Assembly: GCA_964057225.1 (NCBI GenBank)
Contig: OZ059896.1
Coordinates: forward strand, 3,286,001-3,350,000
Direction: 5' to 3'
Origin: Auanema rhodensis
Taxonomy: Eukaryota > Animalia > Nematoda
Length of the DNA: 64,000 nucleotides
A program made the translations under genes and the position numbers. This document shows, piece after piece, positions 39,766 through 54,300 of this stretch; position 1 is the first letter of the stretch, and each line of letters starts with the position of its first letter. The notes beneath the pieces are model-generated. The model saw nothing but the letters and a program-made list of their open reading frames with translations. It was not told where the DNA came from and did no database searches.

Positions 39766-42570
39766 CGAGGATATAAGTGTGAACTTATATCAGTTGATAT
39801 CTCGGTGCATTTTTAAGCTAGCGCAAATCTGATAACACAGATCGACGCAGCTTAAAAATCCGCATCGAATGCACTATATTACATTGAGGAAAGCTTAATA
39901 CAAAAATTAGTTATGATTGTTTGAAAAATGATGCATTAGTGTATGTTGAGTTTCCATGTACACTCAAAATTGCTTCCAAAAACATTTTGACAAAAATTTT
40001 TTCGAAAAATTTCAAAATAATTTAGCAAAAAGTAGATGTTTTTAGATTCCTTCTTTCAAGGCAAAAACGATGGACAATGTTATTCAACGAAAAAATTAAT
40101 TCTTCAGGGTGAAAATCGAGGATATAAGTGTGAACTTATATCAGTTGATATCTCGGTGCATTTTTAAGCTAGCGCAAATCTGATAACACAGATCGACGCA
40201 GCTTAAAAGTCCGCATCGAATGCACTATACTACATTAAGAAAAGCTTAATACAAAAATTAGTTATGATCGTTTGAAAAATGATGCATTAGTGTATGTTGA
40301 GTTTCCATGTACACTCAAAATTGCTTCCAAAAACATTTTGACAAAAATTTTTTCGAAAAATTTCAAAATAATTTAGCAAAAAGTAGATGTTTTTAGATTC
40401 CTTCTTTCAAGGCAAAAACGATGGGCAATGTTATTCAACGAAAAAATTAATTCTTCAGGGTGAAAATCGAGGATATAAGTGTGAACTTATATCAGTTGAT
40501 ATCTCGGTGCATTTTTAAGCTAGCGCAAATCTGATAACACAGATCGACGCAGCTTAAAAATCCGCATCGAATGCATTATACTACATGGAGAAACGCTCAT
40601 CACAAAAATTAGTTATGATCGTTTGAAAAATGATGCATTAGTGTATGTTGAGTTTCCATGTACACTCAACATTGCTTCCAAAAACATTTTGACAAAATTT
40701 TTTCGAAAAATTTCAAAATAATTTCGCAAAAAGTAGATGTTTTTAGATTCCTTTTTTTGAGGCAAAAACGATGGACAATGTTATTCAACGAAAAAATTAA
40801 TTCTTCAGGGTGAAAATCGAGGATATAAGTGTGAACTTATATCAGTTAATATCTCGGTGCATTTTTAAGCTAGCGCAAATCTGATAACACAGATCGACGC
40901 AGCTTAAAAAACCGCATCGAATGCACTATATTACATTGAGAAAAGCTTAATACAAAAATTAGTTATGATCGTTTGAAAAATGATGCATTAGTGTATGTTG
41001 AGTTTCCATGTACACTCAAAATTGCTTCCAAAAACATTTTGACAAAAATTTTTTCGAAAAATTTCAAAATAATTTAGCAAAAAGTAGATGTTTTTAGATT
41101 CCTTCTTTCAAGGCAAAAACGATGGACAATGTTATTCAACGAAAAAATTAATTCTTCAGGGTGAAAATCGAGGATATAAGTGTGAACTTATATCAGTTGA
41201 TATCTCGGTGCATTTTTAAGCTAGCGCAAATCTGATAACACAGATCGACGCAGCTTAAAAATCCGCATCGAATGCATTATACTACATGGAGAAACGCTCA
41301 TCACAAAAATTAGTTATGATCGTTTGAAAAATGATGCATTAGTGTATGTTGAGTTTCCATGTACACTCAACATTGCTTCCAAAAACATTTTGACAAAATT
41401 TTTTCGAAAAATTTCAAAATAATTTCGCAAAAAGTAGATGTTTTTAGATTCCGTTTTTTAAAGCAAAAACGATGGACAATGTTATTCAACGAAAAAATTA
41501 ATTCTTCAGGGTGAAAATCGAGGATATAAGTGTGAACTTATATCAGTTAATATCTCGGTGCATTTTTAAGCTAGCGCAAATCTGATAACACAGATCGACG
41601 CAGCTTAAAAAACCGCATCGAATGCACTATATTACATTGAGAAAAGCTTAATACAAAAATTAGTTATGATCGTTTGAAAAATGATGCATTAGTGTATGTT
41701 GAGTTTCCATGTACACTCAACATTGCTTCCAAAAACATTTTGACAAAAATTTTTTCGAAAAATTTCAAAATAATTTAGCAAAAAGTAGATGTTTTTAGAT
41801 TCCTTCTTTCAAGGCAAAAACGATGGACAATGTTATTCAACGAAAAAATTAATTCTTCAGGGTGAAAATCGAGGATATAAGAGTGAACTTATATCAGTTG
41901 ATATCTCGGTGCATTTTTAAGCTAGCGCAAATCTGATAACACAGATCGACGCAGCTTAAAAATCCGCATCGAATGCATTATACTACATGGAGAAACGCTC
42001 ATCACAAAAATTAGTTATGATCGTTTGAAAAATGATGCATTAGTGTATGTTGAGTTTCCATGTACACTCAACATTGCTTCCAAAAACATTTTGACAAAAT
42101 TTTTTCGAAAAATTTCAGAATAATTTCGCAAAAAGTAGATGTTTTTAGATTCCTTTTTTTGAGGCAAAAACGATGGACAATGTTATTCAACGAAAAAATT
42201 AATTCTTCAGGGTGAAAATCGAGGATATAAGTGTGAACTTATATCAGTTAATATCTCGGTGCATTTTTAAGCTAGCGCAAATCTGATAACATAGATCGAC
42301 GCAGCTTAAAAGTCCGCATCGAATGCACTATACTACATTAAGAAAAGCTTAATACAAAAATTAGTTATGATCGTTTGAAAAATGATGCATTAGTGTATGT
42401 TGAGTTTCCATGTACACTCAAAATTGCTTCCAAAAACATTTTGACAAAAATTTTTTCGAAAAATTTCAAAATAATTTAGCAAAAAGTAGATGTTTTTAGA
42501 TTCCTTTTTTCGAGGCAAAAACGATGGACAATGTTATTCAACGAAAAAATTAATTCTTCAGGGTGAAAAT

Positions 42571-45500
42571 CGAGGATATAAGTGTGAACTTATATCAGTT
42601 GATATCTCGGTGCATTTTTAAGCTAGCGCAAATCTGATAACACAGATCGAAGCAGCTTAAAAATCCGCATCGAATGCACTATAATACATTAAGAAACGCT
42701 CAATACAAAAATTAGTTATGATCGTTTGAAAAATGATGCATTAGTGTATGTTGAGTTTCCATGTACACTCAAAATTGCTTCCAAAAACATTTTGACAAAA
42801 ATTTTTTCGAAAAATTTCAAAATAATTTAGCAAAAAGTAGATGTTTTTAGATTCCTTTTTTCAAGGCAAAAACGATGGACAATGTTATTCAACGAAAAAA
42901 TTAATTCTTCAGGGTGAAAATCGAGGATATAAGTGTGAACTTATATCAGTTGATATCTCGGTGCATTTTTAAGCTAGCGCAAATCTGATAACACAGATCG
43001 ACGCAGCTTAAAAATCCGCATCGAATGCACTATATTACATTGAGGAAAGCTTAATACAAAAATTAGTTATGATTGTTTGAAAAATGATGCATTAGTGTAT
43101 GTTGAGTTTCCATGTACACTCAAAATTGCTTCCAAAAACATTTTGATAAAAATTTTTTCGAAAAATTTCAGAATAATTTAGCAAAAAGTAGATGTTTTTA
43201 GATTCCTTTTTTCAAGGCAAAAACGATGGACAATGTTATTCAACGAAAAAATTAATTCTTCAGGGTGAAAATCGAGGATATAAGTGTGAACTTATATCAG
43301 TTAATATCTCGGTGCATTTTTAAGCTAGCGCAAATCTGATAACATAGATCGACGCAGCTTAAAAGTCCGCATCGAATGCACTATACTACATTAAGAAAAG
43401 CTTAATACAAAAATTAGTTATGATCGTTTGAAAAATGATGCATTAGTGTATGTTGAGTTTCCATGTACACTCAAAATTGCTTCCAAAAACATTTTGACAA
43501 AAATTTTTTCGAAAAATTTCAAAATAATTTAGCAAAAAGTAGATGTTTTTAGATTCCTTCTTTCAAGGCAAAAACGATGGGCAATGTTATTCAACGAAAA
43601 AATTAATTCTTCAGGGTGAAAATCGAGGATATAAGTGTGAACTTATATCAGTTGATATCTCGGTGCATTTTTAAGCTAGCGCAAATCTGATAACACAGAT
43701 CGACGCAGCTTAAAAATCCGCATCGAATGCACTATATTACATTGAGGAAAGCTTAATACAAAAATTAGTTATGATTGTTTGAAAAATGATGCATTAGTGT
43801 ATGTTGAGTTTCCATGTACACTCAAAATTGCTTCCAAAAACATTTTGACAAAAATTTTTTCGAAAAATTTCAAAATAATTTAGCAAAAAGTAGATGTTTT
43901 TAGATTCCTTCTTTCAAGGCAAAAACGATGGACAATGTTATTCAACGAAAAAATTAATTCTTCAGGGTGAAAATCGAGGATATAAGTGTGAACTTATATC
44001 AGTTGATATCTCGGTGCATTTTTAAGCTAGCGCAAATCTGATAACACAGATCGACGCAGCTTAAAAGTCCGCATCGAATGTACTATACTACATTAAGAAA
44101 AGCTTAATACAAAAATTAGTTATGATCGTTTGAAAAATGATGCATTAGTGTATGTTGAGTTTCCATGTACACTCAAAATTGCTTCCAAAAACATTTTGAC
44201 AAAAATTTTTTCGAAAAATTTCAAAATAATTTAGCAAAAAGTAGATGTTTTTAGATTCCTTCTTTCAAGGCAAAAACGATGGGCAATGTTATTCAACGAA
44301 AAAATTAATTCTTCAGGGTGAAAATCGAGGATATAAGTGTGAACTTATATCAGTTGATATCTCGGTGCATTTTTAAGCTAGCGCAAATCTGATAACACAG
44401 ATCGAAGCAGCTTAAAAATCCGCATCGAATGCACTATAATACATTAAGAAACGCTCAATACAAAAATTAGTTATGATCGTTTGAAAAATGATGCATTAGT
44501 GTATGTTGAGTTTCCATGTACACTCAAAATTGCTTCCAAAAACATTTTAACAAAAATTTTTTCGAAAAATTTCAAAATAATTTAGCAAAAAGTAGATGTT
44601 TTTAGATTCCTTTTTTCAAGGCAAAAACGATGGACAATGTTATTCAACGAAAAAATTAATTCTTCAGGGTGAAAATCGAGGATATAAGTGTGAACTTATA
44701 TCAGTTGATATCTCGGTGCATTTTTAAGCTAGCGCAAATCTGATAACACAGATCGACGCAGCTTAAAAATCCGCATCGAAAGCACTATATTACATTGAGG
44801 AAAGCTTAATACAAAAATTAGTTATGATTGTTTGAAAAATGATGCATTAGTGTATGTTGAGTTTCCATGTACACTCAAAATTGCTTCCAAAAACATTTTG
44901 ACAAAAATTTTTTCGAAAAATTTCAAAATAATTTAGCAAAAAGTAGATGTTTTTAGATTCCTTCTTTCAAGGCAAAAACGATGGACAATGTTATTCAACG
45001 AAAAAATTAATTCTTCAGGGTGAAAATCGAGGATATAAGTGTGAACTTATATCAGTTGATATCTCGGTGCATTTTTAAGCTAGCGCAAATCTGATAACAC
45101 AGATCGACGCAGCTTAAAAGTCCGCATCGAATGCACTATACTACATTAAGAAAAGCTTAATACAAAAATTAGTTATGATCGTTTGAAAAATGATGCATTA
45201 GTGTATGTTGAGTTTCCATGTACACTCAAAATTGCTTCCAAAAACATTTTGACAAAAATTTTTTCGAAAAATTTCAAAATAATTTAGCAAAAAGTAGATG
45301 TTTTTAGATTCCTTCTTTCAAGGCAAAAACGATGGGCAATGTTATTCAACGAAAAAATTAATTCTTCAGGGTGAAAATCGAGGATATAAGTGTGAACTTA
45401 TATCAGTTGATATCTCGGTGCATTTTTAAGCTAGCGCAAATCTGATAACACAGATCGACGCAGCTTAAAAATCCGCATCGAATGCACTATATTACATTGA

Positions 45501-48500
45501 GGAAAGCTTAATACAAAAATTAGTTATGATTGTTTGAAAAATGATGCATTAGTGTATGTTGAGTTTCCATGTACACTCAAAATTGCTTCCAAAAACATTT
45601 TGACAAAAATTTTTTCGAAAAATTTCAAAATAATTTAGCAAAAAGTAGATGTTTTTAGATTCCTTTTTTTGAGGCAAAAACGATGGACAATGTTATTCAA
45701 CGAAAAAATTAATTCTTCAGGGTGAAAATCGAGGATATAAGTGTGAACTTATATCAGTTAATATCTCGGTGCATTTTTAAGCTAGCGCAAATCTGATAAC
45801 ACAGATCGACGCAGCTTAAAAAACCGCATCGAATGCACTATATTACATTGAGAAACGCTCAATACAAAAATTAGTTATGATCGTTTGAAAAATGATGCAT
45901 TAGTGTATGTTGAGTTTCCATGTACACTCAAAATTGCTTCCAAAAACATTTTGACAAAAATTTTTTCGAAAAATTTCAAAATAATTTAGCAAAAAGTAGA
46001 TGTTTTTAGATTCCTTCTTTCAAGGCAAAAACGATGGGCAATGTTATTCAACGAAAAAATTAATTCTTCAGGGTGAAAATCGAGGATATAAGTGTGAACT
46101 TATATCAGTTGATATCTCGGTGCATTTTTAAGCTAGCGCAAATCTGATAACACAGATCGACGCAGCTTAAAAATCCGCATCGAATGCACTATATTACATT
46201 GAGGAAAGCTTAATACAAAAATTAGTTATGATTGTTTGAAAAATGATGCATTAGTGTATGTTGAGTTTCCATGTATACTCAAAATTGCTTCCAAAAACAT
46301 TTTGACAAAAATTTTTTCGAAAAATTTCAAAATAATTTAGCAAAAAGTAGATGTTTTTAGATTCCTTTTTTTGAGGCAAAAACGATGGACAATGTTATTC
46401 AACGAAAAAATTAATTCTTCAGGGTGAAAATCGAGGATATAAGTGTGAACTTATATCAGTTAATATCTCGGTGCATTTTTAAGCTAGCGCAAATCTGATA
46501 ACACAGATCGACGCAGCTTAAAAAACCGCATCGAATGCACTATATTACATTGAGAAAAGCTTAATACAAAAATTAGTTATGATCGTTTGAAAAATGATGC
46601 ATTAGTGTATGTTGAGTTTCCATGTACACTCAACATTGCTTCCAAAAACATTTTGACAAAAATTTTTTCGAAAAATTTCAAAATAATTTAGCAAAAAGTA
46701 GATGTTTTTAGATTCCTTCTTTCAAGGCAAAAACGATGGACAATGTTATTCAACGAAAAAATTAATTCTTCAGGGTGAAAATCGAGGATATAAGTGTGAA
46801 CTTATATCAGTTGATATCTCGGTGCATTTTTAAGCTAGCGCAAATCTGATAACACAGATCGACGCAGCTTAAAAGTCCGCATCGAATGCACTATACTACA
46901 TTAAGAAAAGCTTAATACAAAAATTAGTTATGATCGTTTGAAAAATGATGCATTAGTGTATGTTGAGTTTCCATGTACACTCAAAATTGCTTCCAAAAAC
47001 ATTTTGACAAAAATTTTTTCGAAAAATTTCAAAATAATTTAGCAAAAAGTAGATGTTTTTAGATTCCTTCTTTCAAGGCAAAAACGATGGGCAATGTTAT
47101 TCAACGAAAAAATTAATTCTTCAGGGTGAAAATCGAGGATATAAGTGTGAACTTATATCAGTTGATATCTCGGTGCATTTTTAAGCTAGCGCAAATCTGA
47201 TAACACAGATCGACGCAGCTTAAAAATCCGCATCGAATGCATTATACTACATGGAGAAACGCTCATCACAAAAATTAGTTATGATCGTTTGAAAAATGAT
47301 GCATTAGTGTATGTTGAGTTTCCATGTACACTCAACATTGCTTCCAAAAACATTTTGACAAAATTTTTTCGAAAAATTTCAAAATAATTTCGCAAAAAGT
47401 AGATGTTTTTAGATTCCTTTTTTTGAGGCAAAAACGATGGACAATGTTATTCAACGAAAAAATTAATTCTTCAGGGTGAAAATCGAGGATATAAGTGTGA
47501 ACTTATATCAGTTAATATCTCGGTGCATTTTTAAGCTAGCGCAAATCTGATAACACAGATCGACGCAGCTTAAAAAACCGCATCGAATGCACTATATTAC
47601 ATTGAGAAAAGCTTAATACAAAAATTAGTTATGATCGTTTGAAAAATGATGCATTAGTGTATGTTGAGTTTCCATGTACACTCAACATTGCTTCCAAAAA
47701 CATTTTGACAAAAATTTTTTCGAAAAATTTCAAAATAATTTAGCAAAAAGTAGATGTTTTTAGATTCCTTCTTTCAAGGCAAAAACGATGGACAATGTTA
47801 TTCAACGAAAAAATTAATTCTTCAGGGTGAAAATCGAGGATATAAGTGTGAACTTATATCAGTTGATATCTCGGTGCATTTTTAAGCTAGCGCAAATCTG
47901 ATAACACAGATCGAAGCAGCTTAAAAATCCGCATCGAATGCACTATAATACATTAAGAAACGCTCAATACAAAAATTAGTTATGATCGTTTGAAAAATGA
48001 TGCATTAGTGTATGTTGAGTTTCCATGTACACTCAAAATTGCTTCCAAAAACATTTTGACAAAAATTTTTTCGAAAAATTTCAAAATAATTTAGCAAAAA
48101 GTAGATGTTTTTAGATTCCTTTTTTCAAGGCAAAAACGATGGACAATGTTATTCAACGAAAAAATTAATTCTTCAGGGTGAAAATCGAGGATATAAGTGT
48201 GAACTTATATCAGTTGATATCTCGGTGCATTTTTAAGCTAGCGCAAATCTGATAACACAGATCGACGCAGCTTAAAAATCCGCATCGAATGCACTATATT
48301 ACATTGAGGAAAGCTTAATACAAAAATTAGTTATGATTGTTTGAAAAATGATGCATTAGTGTATGTTGAGTTTCCATGTACACTCAAAATTGCTTCCAAA
48401 AACATTTTGACAAAAATTTTTTCGAAAAATTTCAAAATAATTTAGCAAAAAGTAGATGTTTTTAGATTCCTTCTTTCAAGGCAAAAACGATGGACAATGT

Positions 48501-51344
48501 TATTCAACGAAAAAATTAATTCTTCAGGGTGAAAATCGAGGATATAAGTGTGAACTTATATCAGTTGATATCTCGGTGCATTTTTAAGCTAGCGCAAATC
48601 TGATAACACAGATCGACGCAGCTTAAAAGTCCGCATCGAATGCACTATACTACATTAAGAAAAGCTTAATACAAAAATTAGTTATGATCGTTTGAAAAAT
48701 GATGCATTAGTGTATGTTGAGTTTCCATGTACACTCAAAATTGCTTCCAAAAACATTTTGACAAAAATTTTTTCGAAAAATTTCAAAATAATTTAGCAAA
48801 AAGTAGATGTTTTTAGATTCCTTCTTTCCAGGCAAAAACGATGGGCAATGTTATTCAACGAAAAAATTAATTCTTCAGGGTGAAAATCGAGGATATAAGT
48901 GTGAACTTATATCAGTTGATATCTCGGTGCATTTTTAAGCTAGCGCAAATCTGATAACACAGATCGACGCAGCTTAAAAATCCGCATCGAATGCACTATA
49001 TTACATTGAGGAAAGCTTAATACAAAAATTAGTTATGATTGTTTGAAAAATGATGCATTAGTGTATGTTGAGTTTCCATGTACACTCAAAATTGCTTCCA
49101 AAAACATTTTGACAAAAATTTTTTCGAAAAATTTCAAAATAATTTAGCAAAAAGTAGATGTTTTTAGATTCCTTCTTTCAAGGCAAAAACGATGGACAAT
49201 GTTATTCAACGAAAAAATTAATTCTTCAGGGTGAAAATCGAGGATATAAGTGTGAACTTATATCAGTTGATATCTCGGTGCATTTTTAAGCTAGCGCAAA
49301 TCTGATAACACAGATCGACGCAGCTTAAAAGTCCGCATCGAATGCACTATACTACATTAAGAAAAGCTTAATACAAAAATTAGTTATGATCGTTTGAAAA
49401 ATGATGCATTAGTGTATGTTGAGTTTCCATGTACACTCAAAATTGCTTCCAAAAACATTTTGACAAAAATTTTTTCGAAAAATTTCAAAATAATTTAGCA
49501 AAAAGTAGATGTTTTTAGATTCCTTCTTTCAAGGCAAAAACGATGGACAATGTTATTCAACGAAAAAATTAATTCTTCAGGGTGAAAATCGAGGATATAA
49601 GTGTGAACTTATATCAGTTGATATCTCGGTGCATTTTTAAGCTAGCGCAAATCTGATAACACAGATCGAAGCAGCTTAAAAATCCGCATCGAATGCACTA
49701 TAATACATTAAGAAACGCTCAATACAAAAATTAGTTATGATCGTTTGAAAAATGATGCATTAGTGTATGTTGAGTTTCCATGTACACTCAAAATTGCTTC
49801 CAAAAACATTTTGACAAAAATTTTTTCGAAAAATTTCAAAATAATTTAGCAAAAAGTAGATGTTTTTAGATTCCTTTTTTCAAGGCAAAAACGATGGACA
49901 ATGTTATTCAACGAAAAAATTAATTCTTCAGGGTGAAAATCGAGGATATAAGTGTGAACTTATATCAGTTGATATCTCGGTGCATTTTTAAGCTAGCGCA
50001 AATCTGATAACACAGATCGACGCAGCTTAAAAATCCGCATCGAATGCACTATATTACATTGAGGAAAGCTTAATACAAAAATTAGTTATGATTGTTTGAA
50101 AAATGATGCATTAGTGTATGTTGAGTTTCCATGTACACTCAAAATTGCTTCCAAAAACATTTTGACAAAAATTTTTTCGAAAAATTTCAAAATAATTTAG
50201 CAAAAAGTAGATGTTTTTAGATTCCTTCTTTCAAGGCAAAAACGATGGACAATGTTATTCAACGAAAAAATTAATTCTTCAGGGTGAAAATCGAGGATAT
50301 AAGTGTGAACTTATATCAGTTGATATCTCGGTGCATTTTTAAGCTAGCGCAAATCTGATAACACAGATCGACGCAGCTTAAAAGTCCGCATCGAATGCAC
50401 TATACTACATTAAGAAAAGCTTAATACAAAAATTAGTTATGATCGTTTGAAAAATGATGCATTAGTGTATGTTGAGTTTCCATGTACACTCAAAATTGCT
50501 TCCAAAAACATTTTGACAAAAATTTTTTCGAAAAATTTCTAAATAATTTAGCAAAAAGTAGATGTTTTTAGATTCCTTCTTTCAAGGCAAAAACGATGGG
50601 CAATGTTATTCAACGAAAAAATTAATTCTTCAGGGTGAAAATCGAGGATATAAGTGTGAACTTATATCAGTTGATATCTCGGTGCATTTTTAAGCTAGCG
50701 CAAATCTGATAACACAGATCGACGCAGCTTAAAAATCCGCATCGAATGCACTATATTACATTGAGGAAAGCTTAATACAAAAATTAGTTATGATTGTTTG
50801 AAAAATGATGCATTAGTGTATGTTGAGTTTCCATGTACACTCAAAATTGCTTCCAAAAACATTTTGACAAAAATTTTTTCGAAAAATTTCAAAATAATTT
50901 AGCAAAAAGTAGATGTTTTTAGATTCCTTCTTTCAAGGCAAAAACGATGGACAATGTTATTCAACGAAAAAATTAATTCTTCAGGGTGAAAATCGAGGAT
51001 ATAAGTGTGAACTTATATCAGTTGATATCTCGGTGCATTTTTAAGCTAGCGCAAATCTGATAACACAGATCGACGCAGCTTAAAAATCCGCATCGAATGC
51101 ACTATATTACATTGAGGAAAGCTTAATACAAAAATTAGTTATGATTGTTTGAAAAATGATGCATTAGTGTATGTTGAGTTTCCATGTACACTCAAAATTG
51201 CTTCCAAAAACATTTTGACAAAAATTTTTTCGAAAAATTTCAAAATAATTTAGCAAAAAGTAGATGTTTTTAGATTCCTTCTTTCAAGGCAAAAACGATG
51301 GACAATGTTATTCAACGAAAAAATTAATTCTTCAGGGTGAAAAT
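42571..51344 (+). repeat. Degenerate 5-mer higher-order repeat region (period 1755 bp)
   Basis: The cgaagc/ctataatac monomer type starts at 42571, 44326, 47835 and 49590 (two pairs 1755 apart). Each is followed by the same order of gaggaaag/gattg and aagtcc/gggc types. Confidence 0.7.
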
Positions 51345-54300
51345 CGAGGATATAAGTGTGAACTTATATCAGTTGATATCTCGGTGCATTTTTAAGCTAG
51401 CGCAAATCTGATAACACAGATCGACGCAGCTTAAAAATCCGCATCGAATGCACTATATTACATTGAGGAAAGCTTAATACAAAAATTAGTTATGATTGTT
51501 TGAAAAATGATGCATTAGTGTATGTTGAGTTTCCATGTACACTCAAAATTGCTTCCAAAAACATTTTGACAAAAATTTTTTCGAAAAATTTCAAAATAAT
51601 TTAGCAAAAAGTAGATGTTTTTAGATTCCTTCTTTCAAGGCAAAAACGATGGGCAATGTTATTCAACGAAAAAATTAATTCTTCAGGGTGAAAATCGAGG
51701 ATATAAGTGTGAACTTATATCAGTTGATATCTCGGTGCATTTTTAAGCTAGCGCAAATCTGATAACACAGATCGACGCAGCTTAAAAATCCGCATCGAAT
51801 GCACTATATTACATTGAGGAAAGCTTAATACAAAAATTAGTTATGATTGTTTGAAAAATGATGCATTAGTGTATGTTGAGTTTCCATGTACACTCAAAAT
51901 TGCTTCCAAAAACATTTTGACAAAAATTTTTTCGAAAAATTTCAAAATAATTTAGCAAAAAGTAGATGTTTTTAGATTCCTTCTTTCAAGGCAAAAACGA
52001 TGGACAATGTTATTCAACGAAAAAATTAATTCTTCAGGGTGAAAATCGAGGATATAAGTGTGAACTTATATCAGTTGATATCTCGGTGCATTTTTAAGCT
52101 AGCGCAAATCTGATAACACAGATCGACGCAGCTTAAAAGTCCGCATCGAATGCACTATACTACATTGAGAAAAGCTTAATACAAAAATTAGTTATGATCG
52201 TTTGAAAAATGATGCATTAGTGTATGTTGAGTTTCCATGTACACTCAAAATTGCTTCCAAAAACATTTTGACAAAAATTTTTTCGAAAAATTTCAAAATA
52301 ATTTAGCAAAAAGTAGATGTTTTTAGATTCCTTTTTTCAAGGCAAAAACGATGGACAATGTTATTCAACGAAAAAATTAATTCTTCAGGGTGAAAATCGA
52401 GGATATAAGTGTGAACTTATATCAGTTGATATCTCGGTGCATTTTTAAGCTAGCGCAAATCTGATAACACAGATCGACGCAGCTTAAAAATCCGCATCGA
52501 ATGCACTATATTACATTGAGGAAAGCTTAATACAAAAATTAGTTATGATTGTTTGAAAAATGATGCATTAGTGTATGTTGAGTTTCCATGTACACTCAAA
52601 ATTGCTTCCAAAAACATTTTGACAAAAATTTTTTCGAAAAATTTCAAAATAATTTAGCAAAAAGTAGATGTTTTTAGATTCCTTCTTTCAAGGCAAAAAC
52701 GATGGACAATGTTATTCAACGAAAAAATTAATTCTTCAGGGTGAAAATCGAGGATATAAGTGTGAACTTATATCAGTTGATATCTCGGTGCATTTTTAAG
52801 CTAGCGCAAATCTGATAACACAGATCGACGCAGCTTAAAAGTCCGCATCGAACGCACTATACTACATTAAGAAAAGCTTAATACAAAAATTAGTTATGAT
52901 CGTTTGAAAAATGATGCATTAGTGTATGTTGAGTTTCCATGTACACTCAAAATTGCTTCCAAAAACATTTTGACAAAAATTTTTTCGAAAAATTTCAAAA
53001 TAATTTAGCAAAAAGTAGATGTTTTTAGATTCCTTCTTTCAAGGCAAAAACGATGGGCAATGTTATTCAACGAAAAAATTAATTCTTCAGGGTGAAAATC
53101 GAGGATATAAGTGTGAACTTATATCAGTTGATATCTCGGTGCATTTTTAAGCTAGCGCAAATCTGATAACACAGATCGACGCAGCTTAAAAATCCGCATC
53201 GAATGCACTATATTACATTGAGGAAAGCTTAATACAAAAATTAGTTATGATTGTTTGAAAAATGATGCATTAGTGTATGTTGAGTTTCCATGTACACTCA
53301 AAATTGCTTCCAAAAACATTTTGACAAAAATTTTTTCGAAAAATTTCAAAATAATTTAGCAAAAAGTAGATGTTTTTAGATTCCTTCTTTCAAGGCAAAA
53401 ACGATGGACAATGTTATTCAACGAAAAAATTAATTCTTCAGGGTGAAAATCGAGGATATAAGTGTGAACTTATATCAGTTGATATCTCGGTGCATTTTTA
53501 AGCTAGCGCAAATCTGATAACACAGATCGACGCAGCTTAAAAGTCCGCATCGAATGCACTATACTACATTAAGAAAAGCTTAATACAAAAATTAGTTATG
53601 ATCGTTTGAAAAATGATGCATTAGTGTATGTTGAGTTTCCATGTACACTCAAAATTGCTTCCAAAAACATTTTGACAAAATTTTTTCGAAAAATTTCAAA
53701 ATAATTTCGCAAAAAGTAGATGTTTTTAGATTCCTTTTTTTGAGGCAAAAACGATGGACAATGTTATTCAACGAAAAAATTAATTCTTCAGGGTGAAAAT
53801 CGAGGATATAAGTGTGAACTTATATCAGTTAATATCTCGGTGCATTTTTAAGCTAGCGCAAATCTGATAACACAGATCGACGCAGCTTAAAAGTCCGCAT
53901 CGAATGCACTATACTACATTAAGAAAAGCTTAATACAAAAATTAGTTATGATCGTTTGAAAAATGATGCATTAGTGTATGTTGAGTTTCCATGTACACTC
54001 AAAATTGCTTCCAAAAACATTTTGACAAAATTTTTTCGAAAAATTTCAAAATAATTTCGCAAAAAGTAGATGTTTTTAGATTCCTTTTTTTGAGGCAAAA
54101 ACGATGGACAATGTTATTCAACGAAAAAATTAATTCTTCAGGGTGAAAATCGAGGATATAAGTGTGAACTTATATCAGTTAATATCTCGGTGCATTTTTA
54201 AGCTAGCGCAAATCTGATAACACAGATCGACGCAGCTTAAAAGTCCGCATCGAATGCACTATACTACATTAAGAAAAGCTTAATACAAAAATTAGTTACG